This document shows, piece after piece, positions 1 to 12,625 of a stretch of DNA of 64,000 bases; positions within the stretch are counted from its first letter, which is position 1; every line of letters begins with the position of its first letter. This stretch comes from Scyliorhinus canicula (lineage: Eukaryota). Below the pieces are notes generated by a model. The model saw nothing but the letters and a program-made list of their open reading frames with translations. It had not been told where the DNA came from and did not search any database. The position numbers were made by a program, and so were the translations under genes. Location of the stretch: contig NC_052147.1 in the NCBI RefSeq assembly GCF_902713615.1, positions 166,388,410 to 166,452,409 of the forward strand, given 5' to 3'.

Positions 1-234
1 CAGTCTTGTTGTTGGCCTGCTGATTTATGATGAGAGATTGGTTATACCTAGAGCCTCAGATCTGACATCCTTCGGAGAACACAACAGGGATACGTGGGCA
101 TTGCAAAGATTGTGAAATGCTGTTTGACAGCCAGCAATCTCAAAATCATCAGAAGAAATTGTTTCAAACTGCATGACCCGAACAGTCCATTGCCAGGAGC
201 AAAGTGAATCACTGGCAGTATCCTCCTTTCCACA

Positions 235-268
<34 letters not shown>

Positions 269-700
269 TTGTCTTGAATGGATTGTTTTGTGCTCAAAGG
301 AAAGACATTTGTTGTCATTTTTAATTATTACCCCAAATAGATTGAGTTTATTGTTTGCATGTTCCCACAACAGAAGCTGCCATTACGTTGCTAAAAGGAG
401 TTTTTGCCATGTACAGCATTCCAGACCTTATCATTTCAGACAATGGCCCTTAATTTGCCAACAAATAGCTTACAGAAGCAAATAGGTTTGTCCACATGAC
501 GAGCTCACCAAGAAAATCTCAAGCTAACGGGTCAGGTCAAAAGAGATGTCAGAACGGTGAAAGAAAAATGACAAAATGAAATTGGCACTGGTGAGATACC
601 AATTCTACCCTGATCCAGAATGTTCTGGCACAATTTCTGACTGTCACTCTACTCCAGTAATGTTTCCACTTGAGCCCAACCACATTTACCACTTTAAATT
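1..700 (+). mobile_element. Degenerate Gypsy/Ty3 integrase remnant
   Basis: Broken frames read KGVFAMYSIPDLIISDNGP*FA (~395-460), SSPRKSQANG (~500-530) and LALVRY, i.e. rve core motifs; stops, frameshifts and a poly-G run at ~234-268. Confidence 0.7.
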
Positions 701-1319
701 CCTTGCGGATATTCTATTTATTCTGCCTCAATGGTACAGTTTCTCCCTCTCCCGGTACTGGTGCCAGTGTCCAATAAAATAGAAGCCTTATTCTGCACAC
801 CATTCCAGAGAATAGAAATCTAGGACATCAGTGACCTTGACGGCCAAGAGCAGTGCCATTTCCAACCCACTGTGTGGCAAAAGCTTGGGTTGTAGGTGGA
901 AGCAGAGTTCAATGCTTAGTGAAAGAAAAGTGCCTTAAACAAGGCTCCTGTTTCAACACTCTTGAAAATCCAAAAGGTTAGCAAAACTGTTCCAATAACA
1001 GAGAACCCACTACGCCTGCTAACTCAGCAGTGGATAAAGCAGGTTTCAAACAGCTCACCTGGAAGTTGGATGATCCAGTGTTAGTGGGAATGGGGCGAGG
1101 GCCTCTTGTCCAGCTAAACACATGTTCAGTTGGGAGCTAATAAGAGGGTGTTGGCCACACCTGTTTGAACCAAAATGGCGGATCATGCATCAAGTCAATG
1201 TTATAGCCTATTGCACGTCAGGATCTGCTCACTGTGTGCATTTCTGGTACACATCTGGATATTCACTGTAACTTCATTGCAGTGTTAATGTAAGCCTTCT
1301 TGTGAGACTAATTAAAAAA

Positions 1320-2480
1320 TATATATTTTATTGCAAACACGTAGCTAAACAGGTTACAGCAAATAAACACCCGGGAAACATACTTACATTCTCCACAACA
1401 ATTAACTATACAGTCTGAATCCAGTTCGGATTGCGATCAGCGGCGCCATCCAAAGCTGTAGACTGGCTGTACGACCTATCAGAATCTCTCCAGATGGAGA
1501 AAATCAAATTCGCACCCCGAGGGTCGGACGATGGCTTCCACAGAACGTGGGAGCCATTCACCCAACTGTTCCGGGACCTGTTTGTGGCCAACAAAAAAGC
1601 AGAAGAATAATCAAGTAGCCAAGGCATGAGAAAGAGGGAAACCCCCTACAGACCTTTCGTGTAAAATCCCTAACGTGCAGATACCTGAACTCACCTCCTC
1701 GGCAGCTCTATCCTCTCCCTTAGCATCTCCAGACTGGCGAACCCTTGCTCCAAACACAGATTCCTCACCTTGACCAGCCCCACTTCCCTCCACCTCCTGT
1801 ATACACAATCGATCTGTCCCGCTCAAACCCATGATTTGCGCACAGCGGCATTAACACCGACAGACCTTTCACCCTAAAGTGCCTCCTCAACTGATTCCAT
1901 AACTTCACCGTGGACTGTACCCCCAGGCTCCCTGAATACCGACTTTGAGCTATTGGCAATGCTGCCGTCATCGTAGCCCTCAAACTAGACCCCTTACAAG
2001 ATTCCTCCTCCATCCTAACCCACTCTACCCCTTCTCCTTCCCACCACGGCTGCAACTTGTCCACGTTTGCGCCCAATAATAATGAAGCGCGTTCGGCAAT
2101 GCCAACCCCCCCTGCAGCCTCTGTCTCTGTAGCAGTGCCCTGCCCACCCTCAGCACCTTCTCCACTCATACAAAGTCCAAAATGATCGGGCCCACTTTCT
2201 GAAAAAAGGCCTTTGGCAGAAAGAACAGGAGAGCACGAAAAGTAAACAGAAACCTCTGCAGAATATTCATTTTCACCACTTGGACCTTCTCGGCAACGTT
2301 AAGTGCAGTGTATCCCACCTTTTAAGATCTTCCCTGACCTCTTCATCAGCTTTGTTGAGTTCCACTTTACTTGTAACACTAATGAAGATTATTATTATAA
2401 CCAATTCACCTCTATTCAACTTTGTGGCTGCAAGATGAATGTGGAGAATTTTACTCACAGACATCAAAATGAGGGAATTT
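1320..2480 (-). mobile_element. L1-clade LINE ORF2 and 3' end fragments
   Basis: Fragments such as MEKIKFAPRGS, KLWNQLRRHF and DLKRWDTLHLTL resemble the C-terminal ORF2 of the L1 at 8209-14223; pieces appear rearranged and not all lie on one strand. Confidence 0.55.
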
Positions 2481-2537
2481 ACATTGCAGAGGTCGAACTT
2501 GAAAGTCAAAGGCAACTCTGATCTACAGTTGATACGT

Positions 2538-2858
2538 GGGCGGCAGGGTAGCACAGGGTTAGCACTGTTGTTTCATAGCGCCAGGGTCCCAGGTCCGATT
2601 CTCTGCTTGGGTCACTGTCTGTGCAGAATTTGCACGTCCTCCCTGTGTCTCCACGGGTTTCCTCCAGGTGCTCCAGTTTCCTCCCACAAGTTCTGCAACA
2701 CATGCTTGGTAGGCGAATTGGACATTTTATATTCTCCCTCAGTGTACCTGAAGAGACTCCAGAGCATGGCGACTAGGGGCTTTTCACATTAACTTCATTG
2801 CAGTGTTAATGTAAGCCTACTTGTGAAAATAAAGATAATAATAATTCTTATTATTATA
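2538..2858 (+). mobile_element. tRNA-derived V-SINE (HE1-like head), tail type iii
   Basis: A/B-box-like head, V-core GGGTTTCCTCCAGGTGCTCCAGTTTCCTCCCAC, tail ...TAACTTCATTGCAGTGTTAATGTAAGCCTACTTGTGA..AATAAAG followed by AT-rich repeats. Confidence 0.8.
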
Positions 2859-3185
2859 TGTGAATGCTACAAAACAATTGCGTACAAAGTCAGTTATAAA
2901 TAACATCCAACTAAATAGAATTGAAGTTTATAGGAAATCCAATTTGAGGAACAGCCATTCTACATTTATACAGCAACTCAAGACATGGATGTCTATGGCC
3001 AAACCAGATGTTACCCAATATTTTTATCAGTTTGGTAGCAGGCGTAGATTGCTATGCTGCATTTCAGAAACAATTGTTGGAAATCCATTTCGGATCATAA
3101 TTGTCAGAATATTAAAATGAGTATCTAGGAAGCAATCTGGATTTCATCCCTAGTTTCTCCCCCTTCCTCCAACGAACAACCAACG

Positions 3186-3364
3186 AACAATTAAAATGAA
3201 GTAAGTGCAAATTCAAAAGAATCAATGACACATCAGTGTTGTTCAGGTGTTTCTTTGTCATGGTCATGAGGTGTTTTGTTTCTTTTCTTGCTGACTTTCA
3301 GTCCTGAATCATTCGACTAACAAAGGTACAGTCCACTGCAGCATTTCTGCTCAGTACATAAATA
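3186..3364 (+). promoter_or_regulatory. gamma-crystallin gene 1 promoter (Sox-like sites, MARE-like site, TATA variant)
   Basis: AACAATTAAAATG 3186-3198, GTGTTTTGTT 3271-3280, TGCTGACTTTCAGTC 3289-3303, AACAAAG 3319-3325, CATAAATA 3357-3364; same blocks in the same order upstream of all three genes. Confidence 0.75.
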
Positions 3365-3421
3365 CCGAGCTGTGTGAAGCGGTGAAACAATTTCAGTTAC
3401 TCATCTAGCTGTGAGCTCAGA

Positions 3422-6400
3422 ATGGGAAAGGCAAGATGGACTCTTTTTGTTTCTATGACTGATACCCTTTTATTTTGAGTATCATAATTATTTATCAGAT
3501 ATCTCTACTTTCTGCATTAATGACCGAAAATGTTGTGTTTTTACTTTAGATTATCTTTTACGAGGACAGGAACTTCCAGGGTCGGCACCATGAGTGCAGC
3601 AATGACTGTGCTGACCTGTCCCCTTACTTCAGTCGCTGTAACTCCATGCGTGTCATGAGTGACTGGTGGGTGATGTATGAGAAACCCAATTACATGGGAT
3701 ACCAGTATGTTCTGAGCAGGGGAGAATATCCTGACTACCAGCGCTGGATGGGATTCAATGACAGCATCGGCTCATGTCGCACCTACCCATATGTAAGTTA
3801 TAATTTAAAAGCACTGATAAGCACTGTGGTCAGCAATAGGGCTTATGGATACCCTCCAATTAACAAAAAAAGCCTTCCTGCCATTTCTGCCAGCCTGTTT
3901 TCTGTGACTGGCTGATATTGCTGATATAATATTAAAATTATATTGGTAGGTTCTCCAAGCATTAGAACAGAGCTATGTTCATACAATATTTGTACGTTAT
4001 GTTTTAGGTTGCTGCTAACTTTATAAGTCTTGTTAATTGGACAATTTATTTGTTTATACTAAGCATGTATAAGGAATGAATTATCAACTGCTTTTATGAT
4101 GTGCAATCGTGGGTGCGCGACTGTTATTTTTCAAGCTTTTAACCCAAAGATGACTGTAAGTACAGTTAAGGTCAATAGCACACAGAGCAAGATGGAAACA
4201 TGCATCAGGGAAAAACTACTTCAACATCGAGTTCTTTCTTTTCTCTGAATGTTTTGAATCCAATCCATCAAACCCAATTATTAATCGCCTCAGCTAACAC
4301 GCCACAAACACGCCCCACTCAAAAATCCCTGATCCTCAGGCAGCACGGTGGCGTAGTGGTTAGCACTCTGCATTACAGCACCGAGGTCCCAGGTTTGATC
4401 CCGGCTCTGGGTCACTGTCCATATGGAGTTTGTACATTCTCCCCGTGTTGCGTGGGTTTTGCTCCCACAACCCAAAAGATGTGCAGGGTAGGTTGATTGA
4501 CCATGCTAAATTGCCCCTTAATTGGGAAAAATGAATTGGGTACTCTAAATGTATTTTTTAAAAAATCCTTGATCCTCGAAGATAATCAAACAAATGCCCA
4601 AAGGGTTCATATATTTGAATTGTTGTTATCCTTATTATTGAACTTGGCTTACTGTTGACAATGTTCTGACCTTTAATCTCTCCTATTCATGGACTGAGAA
4701 CGAGAACACCAATGTGCTGTGAACAGGCACACTTCCTCAGACCTATAGTCATTACAATTGGCATCATTTGCAACATCTGCAAGTGCCTCTTGGAATAACT
4801 GGACATAGGCCTGGTCCCAGCTGAAGTGCTGTCTCGGAACAAATTCTCTGGGTTGCTAGTGTGAAGCCTCTCCCCAGCGCATAAAAGCTAAGCGTTGAGG
4901 AGAACAGTGGTTGTGTTTCTGGGCTAATAAATCAAAGGCCTGGATTAATGATCTGGAGCTAAAATATGCCAATGGCTACTGGGAAATTTAAATTCAGTTA
5001 GTTTAACAAATCATGAATAAAAAGCCAGCATTAATAATATTGACCATGTTCTGGATTGTTGTAAAAACCAATTTGAGCCCTTTACAGAAGGAAATCTGCC
5101 ATCCTTATCTGGTTGAAATGTGATTGTTGATCCACAACAATGCTGCCTCCTAAAATGGTTCAGCAAGCCAGTCAGTTGTCAAGGGCAACCACCTTCTCAA
5201 GCTGGAAAAACTCAGCTGGTCTGCCAGCATCTATTAAAAACATGAGTTCATGATTTCAAATGTTTACTTTTTCTCTCCCGTTAGATGCTGTCAGATCTGC
5301 TGTGTTTTTCCAGCTTCCTTTGTTCTTGTTTCAGATTGCACCATCTGCAGTATTCTGCTTATTTTAACAATTGTGGGCCCCACTTTGGGGTGCAGAGCTG
5401 AAATTTTAATGCTTTAAGACAGTACTCTAATCCTTCCCGGCCAATGCTCCTCAGCAAGCGGAAGCGGCCCCCTGGCTGCCAATGGAATATATATTGTGGA
5501 ATTCTTCCCTGATCCCATGAGCTTTGGTGTGTATAATGGCCGAGATTTGGGACAGGGTTTTTTTGACTCTTATCCCCCCTCTTACAGATTTTCACCACTT
5601 CAGTCTTTACTTGTACTATAACTTGTAAACCCTTAAAATTTCTCAATGAAATATTTATTCAGGTTAGTTGGAACAAAGCTACACATTCTCAATACCTTAC
5701 CTCAAGATTTTGTTTTACTACCTGGCACTTAATGGTGATGGCTGAGTATTTGGAGGCAATCAGGGTGGGAGGGGGACAGTGAGTTTCTTTTGAATTCCAC
5801 TTTCACTGTTGGTTTACGCGCAATTAAAATGTTTCTCAGTTAAGGAACTAATCATTTATATGGCTGAATTAGATTCAAATCTCCACAAATATTTCACTAT
5901 TTGCACCGTAACAATGAAAATGATTGGTGGCAAACAGGTTATAATAGAAATATTCATTCAGCAACTGTTACGGAATCACAGAATTACAGATAATAAAAAA
6001 AAAATGAAAATCGCTTATTGTCACGTGTTGGCTTCAATGAAGTTACTGTGAAAAGCCCCTAGTCGCCACATTCCGGCACCTATCCGGGGAGGCTGGTACA
6101 GGAATCGAACCATGCTGCTGGCCTGCTTGGTCTGCTTTAAAAGCCAGCGATTTAGCTGAGTGAGCTAAACCAGCCCAAATAATACAGTGCAGAAGAGGCC
6201 CTTCAGCCCATTGAGTCTACACAGACACACGAAAAACAACTGACCTACCTACCTAATCCCATTTGCTACCATTTGGCCTAAAGCCTTGAATGTTACGCCA
6301 TGCCAAGTGCTCATCAGGTACTTTTTAAAGGATGTGAGATAACCTGCCTCGACCACCCTGCCAGGCTGTGCAAATTTACTATTTTCTTTCTATTTTATTC

Positions 6401-6772
6401 TCATTAGTGTGCCAAAACTCAATGGTAAATTATGTTTGTTCAACTTCCTTTTCTATCTATCGCTAAATGTACAATATTATCTTATCTCTATTGCAGTACC
6501 GAGATGGAAACTACAGAATGAGGATTTACGAGAGGCCTGACTTTGGAGGACAGATGATGGAATTCATGGATGACTGCCCATCTGTCTACGATCGTTTCCG
6601 TTACCGTGACATCCACTCCTGCCATGTGATGGACGGTTACTGGAACTTCTATGAACATCCCAACTACAGAGGTCGACAGTACTTCATGAGACCCGGTGAA
6701 TACAAGAGATACAGTGACTGGGGCGGCTACAACTCAACTATCGGATCTTTCAGACGCATGAGAGATTTCTAG
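3422..6772 (+). CDS. cryg: gamma-crystallin gene 1, 175 aa; join(3422..3430,3550..3792,6497..6772)
   Basis: MGK micro-exon, 243-nt exon 2 ([20 protein letters not shown]...GSCRTYPY), 276-nt exon 3 ([19 protein letters not shown]...GSFRRMRDF*); four Greek-key motifs, phase-0 introns, classic gamma-crystallin structure; intron 1 donor is GC. Confidence 0.95.
3550..3792 (+). CDS. cryg: gamma-crystallin gene 1 exon 2 (N-terminal domain)
   Basis: tttAG|ATTATC ... CCATAT|GTAAGT; 81 open codons. Confidence 0.95.
4338..4560 (+). mobile_element. V-SINE, short tail type ii, with 17-bp TSD
   Basis: TSD AAAAATCC(C/T)TGATCCTC at 4321-4337 and 4561-4577; tail CCCCTTAATTGGGAAAAATGAATTGGGTACTCTAAA. Confidence 0.85.
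4930..5200 (+). mobile_element. Deu-domain-type SINE, degenerate
   Basis: GATTGTTGTAAAAACC...GAAGGAAATCTGCCATCCTTATCTGG core shared with copies at ~14960, ~23250 and ~42895; family name recalled, not searched. Confidence 0.6.
6000..6177 (-). mobile_element. Short tRNA-derived SINE (family B)
   Basis: GGGCTGGTTTAGCTCAC...GGTTCGATTCC head joined to TGTGGCGACTAGGGGCTTTTCACAGTAACTTCATTGAAGCC..GTGACAATAAG; homologous copies at 18244 and 48963. Confidence 0.8.
6497..6772 (+). CDS. cryg: gamma-crystallin gene 1 exon 3 (C-terminal domain)
   Basis: ttgcAG|TACCGA; 91 codons plus TAG. Confidence 0.95.
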   Translation, partial: YRDGNYRMRIYERPDFGGQMMEFMDDCPSVYDRFRYRDIHSCHVMDGYWNFYEHPNYRGRQYFMRPGEYKRYSDWGGYNSTIGSFRRMRDF

Positions 6773-6798
6773 ATTGTTCTTGAAATATTTGTGAACAT

Positions 6799-6804
6799 AA
6801 TAAA
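6799..6804 (+). terminator. polyA signal of gene 1
   Basis: AATAAA 26 nt after the stop codon, followed by T/GT-rich sequence. Confidence 0.75.
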
Positions 6805-6944
6805 ATACATTTTTTTGACATGTTTTAACATGTTTGTTTATTTTGAAATCTCTCAGAAGCAGTAAATAATATTAAGGATGTGGGGGTTGTCGGTTGCAGA
6901 GCCCTTCTGTTCAGTGAAATGACTTAATCATTAAATTTAATAAC

Positions 6945-7440
6945 TGCAGAGTGTAGTGAATTCAGCCCAACGCATCACACACGCTTGCCACCCCCACAAT
7001 GATTCTGTACAGACCTCGTGCTGCCTCAGGAAGGCAGACAGCATTATCAGAGACCCCTCCCACCAAGGCATTGCCTTCTTCCAGACCCTGCCATCAGGCA
7101 GAAGTTACAGAAGTCTGAAGACCCGCACATCCAGACATTGGAACAGCTTCTTCCCCACAGCTACAGGACTCCTCAATGACTCCCTCTCAGACTGATCTAT
7201 TCCCTGTAAGAACACTATTCACGATGCCCTAAGCTGCTCTTGCTCAGCATTTGTTTTGTTTGGCCCCTTGTTCCGCACTGTAACCAATCACTGTTTGTCG
7301 ATGTACCATTTGTTAATGTATTCTGTCGATTATTCTTTTGTCTACTATGTACGCACTGTGTACGCTCCCTTGGCTGCAGAAAAATACTCGGGTACATGTG
7401 ACAAGAAATCAAATCAAAATCAAATCAAATCAAATAAATA
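6945..7440 (+). mobile_element. Rex1/Babar-type LINE 3' end
   Basis: CLRKADSIIRDPSH...LPSGRSYRSLKTRTSR..NSFFP C-terminus, 3'UTR and (AAATC)n tail; homologous copies at ~19630, ~31450, ~35392 and ~62870. Confidence 0.8.
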
Positions 7441-7550
7441 ACTTCTGTTCATAAGATTAACAGTGGGTAAGCAAGTGGCAGCTCAACAATTTTCTGATGA
7501 ATAATGAAAATGAGCTACCACCAATTTTCAATTGGACAGATATTCTGTAG

Positions 7551-7832
7551 TGATGAACCATCAATCGAACGCGAGACGAGTTGCTGTACAAAAGTTAGGA
7601 TTTAATAAGCTAGAAGTTAGCCATGCGGTCGACTACAGTAAATGGACAACCACCGGGCATTCTGGGTATTTATACCTCGCTCTGGGGGCGGGGTTAACTC
7701 AGCCTCTCGACCAATCGGGGAGCCGTCACATGACTGGTCTCAACCAATTGGTCGAGAGGCACATGACCAGGGCCAATGGTAAGCCAGTGTTCTGCACCAA
7801 TGGCAGGCAGCTATGCAAATCATACCACCACA
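7551..7832 (-). mobile_element. Solo LTR, 282 bp, 5-bp TSD
   Basis: TGATG...CCACA termini; TSD TGTAG at 7546-7550 and 7833-7837; ends similar to the Gypsy LTR at 53051-53321. Confidence 0.85.
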
Positions 7833-8523
7833 TGTAGTTTAAAGTTTCAATAGCTCATTACAGTCTTCATCCCCACACTCCATTTTATGTCAGTTTTATT
7901 GACTGGAAAACTGTGCCCTCTAGAGACCAGACTGACATCTAAACTTGACATTCAAAATTCATCTTTCAGCTTCTCCCATTTTACTTGGGATCACCACAAT
8001 ACTGGTTGTTCGCCCTTCTTTATTTCCACCTGTCAGTAGTCCATTGAAGAGTCATATTAGACTTGAAATGGCAGCTCTATTCCTCTCTTCACAGATGTTG
8101 CCAAAACTGCTGAGTTTTTTGAACACTTTTTGTTTGTCTTTCACTCCAGCTGCATTTAAGTATTTCACCCATCAAATCCTTCTGTCTGATCTTTGGCATT
8201 CCCCTTTTTAAAAAAATAATTTGTATTCAAATTTTTCAACAACAAATTTTCTCCCAACAGTAAAGTAAACAAGGTGTAGAACTAAACAGAAAAAGAATTC
8301 CCCCCAGTACAAAGCGATAAATGAATAACTTAATAACAATACAAAAAAGAAGAAAATAGCAAACACACCGTCGCAAAAACAAACCCCCTTAACAAACCCC
8401 GAACCCACCCCCCCTTACCCCCCCCACCCACCCCCTCCCCCACCACAGTTTGCTGCTGAGATTGACCACCCTCTAACCCTCCGCAAGAAAATCGAGAAAG
8501 GGCTTCCACCGCCGGAAGAACCC

Positions 8524-11500
8524 TTATACCGACCCCCTCAGGGCAAACTTAACCTTCTCCAGCCTGTTGAACCCGGCCATGTCGTTACTCCAGGCCTCCG
8601 GGCTCGGGGGCTTCGCCTCCCTCCACTGCAAGAGAATCCTACGCCGGGCTACGAGAGATGCAAAGGCCAGGGTACCGGCCTCTCTCGCCTCCTGCACTCC
8701 CGGCTCCGATGATACCCCAAAGATCGCGAGCCCCCAGCCCGGCTCCGCTCTGGACCCGACCACCTTGGACAAAGTCCCAGCCAACCCCTTCCAAAACCCC
8801 TCCAACGCCGGACATACCCAAAACATGGGGTAGCAGGGTAGCATGGTGGTTAGCATAAATGCTTCACAGCTCCAGGGTCCCAGGTTCGATTCCCGGCTGG
8901 GTCACTGTCTGTGTGGAGTCTGCACGTCCTCCCCCTGTGTGCGTGGGTTTCCTCCGGGTGCTCCGGTTTCCTCCCACAGTCCAAAGATGTGCGGGTTAGG
9001 TGGATTGGCCATGCTAAATTGCCCGTAGTGTCCTAATAAAAAAAAAATGTAAGGTTAAGGGGGGGGGGGGGGTTGTTGGGTTACGGGTATAGGGTGGATA
9101 TGTGGGTTTGAGTAGGGTGATCATGGCTCGGCACAACATTGAGGGCCGAAGGGCCTGTTCTGTGCTGTACTGTTCTATGTTCTATGTTCTATGTGGGTGT
9201 GGTTCGCCGGGCCTCCCGAACACCTCCCACACCTGTCCTCCCCCCCACAAAGAACCAGCTCATCCTGGCCCCAGTCATGTGCGCCCTATACAGCACTTTC
9301 AGCTGAATTAAGCTAAGCCGTGCGCAAGAAGAGGACGATTTCACCCTCCCCAGGGCATCCGCCCACGTCCCATCGTCAATCTCTTCCCCTAGCTCCTCCT
9401 CCCACTTCGCTTTCATCTCCTCCGCCGAGGCCTCCTCCTCTTCCTGCATCATCTGATAAATCACCGAGATCCTACCCTCACCAACCCACGTCCCCGAGAG
9501 CACCCTATCCTGCACTCCACTTGGCGGCAGCAGCGGGAACTCCGCCACCTGCTGCTTAATAAACGCCCTAATCTGCATATACCTGAAAGCATTCCCGGGG
9601 GAGGCCCCACTTCCCCTCCAACTCCTCTAAAGTCGCAAACTTCCCATCGAGGAAGAGGTCCCCCATCCGCCTGATGCCTGCCCTATGCCAACTCAAAAAC
9701 CCACCATCCATTCTCCCTGGTGCAAACCGGTGATTGCCCCGTATCGGGGCCCACACTGAGGCCTTCACTTCCCCCCTGTGCCGCCTCCACTTCCCCCAAA
9801 TTTTGAGGAACGCCACCACTACCGAACTCGTGGAATATCTTGCCAGGGGGAGTGGAAGCGGGGCCGTCACCAATGCCTCCAAACTCGTACCCACACAGGA
9901 CGCCACCTCCAACCTCTTCCATGCGGCACCCTCCCCCTCCATCACCCACCTGCGAATCATTGCCACATTCGCAGCCCAGTAATACCCACACAGGTTGGGC
10001 AACGCCAAACCGCCTGCCTCCCTTCTTCGCTCCAGGAATACCCTCCTCACTCTCAGGGTCTTCCGCGCCCACACGAACCCCAGAATACTCTTATTCACCC
10101 TCTTGAAAAAAGCTTTCGGGATCAATATGGGGAGGCACTGGAAAAGAAACAAAAACCTCGGGAACACCGTCATCTTAACCGACTGGGCCCTGCCCGCCAA
10201 AGAGTGTGGCAGCGCGTCCCACCTCCTGAACTCCTCCTCCATCTGTTCCACCAGACTCGAAAAGTTTAGCCTGTGCAGGGCCCCCCAGCTCCCAGCTATC
10301 TGGACCCCAAGAAATCTAAAGCTCTTCTCTGCCCTCTTCAACGGGAGCTCTCCTATCTCCCTCTCCTGGTCCCCCAGGTGCAGCACAAACAGCTCACTCT
10401 TCCCCACGTTGTGCTTGTAGCCCGAAAATTCCCCAAACAACCCAAGTATCTTCAACACCTCTGGCACCCGCCCCCGCCGGATCCGCAATGTACAACAGTA
10501 AATCATCCACGTACAGTGACAACCGGTGCTCCTCCCCCACCCCACAATCCCCCTCCAGTTCTTCGAATCCCTCAGCGCCATGGCCAAGAACTCAATCGCT
10601 AACGCGAAGAGCAGGGGAGACAAGGGGCACCCCTGCCTTGTCCCCCGGGAAAGCCGAAAGTCCTCTGACCTCCTCCCATTCATCACCACACTCGCTACAG
10701 GGAAGCTGTACAGCAACCTCACCCAGCTGATGAATCCCTCACCAAACTCAAACCTTCTCAGCACTTCCCACAGGTAGCTCCATTCCACCCTGTCAAAAGC
10801 TTTCTCCGTATCCATCGAATCTACTATTTCCGCCTCTCCAGCCGCCGACGCCATCATCATAACATTAAGCAGCCGGCGCACATTGACATTCAGCTGCCTC
10901 CCCTTCACAAACCCCGTTTGGTCCTCATGGATAACCATTGGGACCACATCTTCCACCCTTCTGGACAGTACCTTCGCCAACAACTTTGCGTCCATGTTAA
11001 GGAGCGAGATCGGCCTGTAAGACCCACACTGGAGGGGGTCCTTATTCCGCTTCAGGATCAGTGAAATTATTGCTCTAGACATCGTCGGGGGCAGAGCCCC
11101 CCCTTCCCTTTCCTCATTCAGGGTCCTCACTAACAGCGGGCCCAGCAGATCTGAAAACTTCTTATAAAACTCCACCGGGAACCCGTCAGGTCCCGGTGCT
11201 TTCCCTGTCTGCATGCTCCCCAGCGCCTCTATCAGCTCCTCCAACTCGATTGGGGCCCCCAGACCCTCCACCCGCTCATCCTCTATTCTTGGGAACTCCA
11301 GCCTATCCAGAAAGCGGTCCATCCCGCCCCCCTCCCTAGGGGGCACCGCCTGGTATAGCCCCTCGTAAAAGGATCTGAACACCCCATTAATGTCCCTGCC
11401 ACCCCGCACCAAGTTACCTCCTGCATCTGTGACTCCCCCTATCTTTCTCGCTGCCTCCCGCTTCCGGAGCTGGTGGGCCAGCATCCGCCTTGCCTTCTCT

Positions 11501-12625
11501 CCATACTCATATACCGCCCCCCGCGCCCTCCTCCACTGCTCCTCCGCCTTCCGGGTGGTCAGTATATCAAACTCCGCCTGGAGACTGCGACGCTTCCTCA
11601 AAAGCCCCTCCTCCGGGACATCCGCATACCTCCTGTCCACCCTTACCATTTCTTCCACCAGCCTCTCTCTCTCAACCCTCTCCCCTCTCTCCCTATGCGC
11701 CCGAAAAGATATCAGCACGACTGCCTTCAGTGCTTCCCAAACCACCCCAACTTGCACCTCCCCGTTATAGTTGGCTTCCAGATACCCCTCAATACCCCTT
11801 CGGACCCGCCCACATACTTCCTCCTCTGCCAGAAGCCGCACATCTAAACTCCACAGCGAGCGCTGATCCTTCCCCTCCCCCAGCTCCAGGTCCACCAAAT
11901 GCAGAGCATGGTCAGATATGGCTATCGCCGAATACTCCGCCCCCACCACTCTCGGGATTAGCACCTTGCTGTGAACAAAAAAGTCAATCCGGGAATAAGC
12001 CTTGTGGACATGGAAGAAAAAGGAAAACTCCCTACCCCCTGGCTTCAAAAACCTCCAAGGGTCTACCCCTCCCATCTGATCCATGAACCCCCTCAGCACC
12101 GAGGCCGCCACCGGCCTCTTACCCATCCTAGGCTTCGAACGATCCAGAGCCGGATCCAACACCGTATTAAAGTCCCCTCCCAAGATCAAACCCCCCGTCT
12201 CCAGGTCCGGGAGCCGGCTCAACATTCGCCGCATGAAGCCTGCATCGTCCCACTTGGGGGCGTACACATTAACCAGAACCACTTGCTCACCCTGAAGTCT
12301 ACCACTCACCATTACGTATCTACCTACACTGTCCGCTACCACATTCGACGCAACAAACGTCAAGCTCTTGCCAACTAAGATCGCCACCCCTCGATTCTTC
12401 GCATCAAGCCCCGAGTAAAACACCTGCCCCACTCAGCCTCTTCTCAGCCTCACCTGATCCGCCACCTTAAGGTGCGCCTCCTGGAGCATTGCTCCGTCTG
12501 CTCTCAGCCCCTTCAGGTGTGCCAAGACCCGGGACCGCTTCACCGGTCCATTCAGCCCCCTCACGTTCCATGTGACCAGCCGAATCTGGGGTGTCTTGCC
12601 CCTCCCTCTGCGCCGGTCAGCCACA
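8524..12625 (-). pseudogene. L1 ORF2 endonuclease/reverse transcriptase, disrupted
   Basis: RLVTWNVRGLNGPVKR, GGDFN, SRIDFF, SDH, KAPGPDG, YRPISLLN, KAFDRV, GTRQGCPLSPLLF; TGA at 12433-12435, frameshifts near the YxDD motif and near 9570, SINE inserted at 8828. Confidence 0.9.
8828..9190 (+). mobile_element. V-SINE (HE1-like) with CR1-type tail i, inserted in L1 ORF2
   Basis: A box TAGCATGGTGG, B box GGTTCGATTCC, V-core, tail GAGGGCCGAAGGGCCTGTTCTGTGCTGTAC(TGTTCTA)n; splits the NHTHMFWVC motif. Confidence 0.9.

Noticed and set aside
234-268. Long G/C homopolymers (also ~16412, ~17438, ~34553, ~40797)
   Set aside because: They lie inside TE remnants and their lengths may be sequencing artefacts; the poly-Gly/Pro ORFs they create are spurious.
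8828-8900. tRNA genes at SINE heads
   Set aside because: A/B boxes are present but run directly into SINE core and tail sequence; these are tRNA-derived SINEs.
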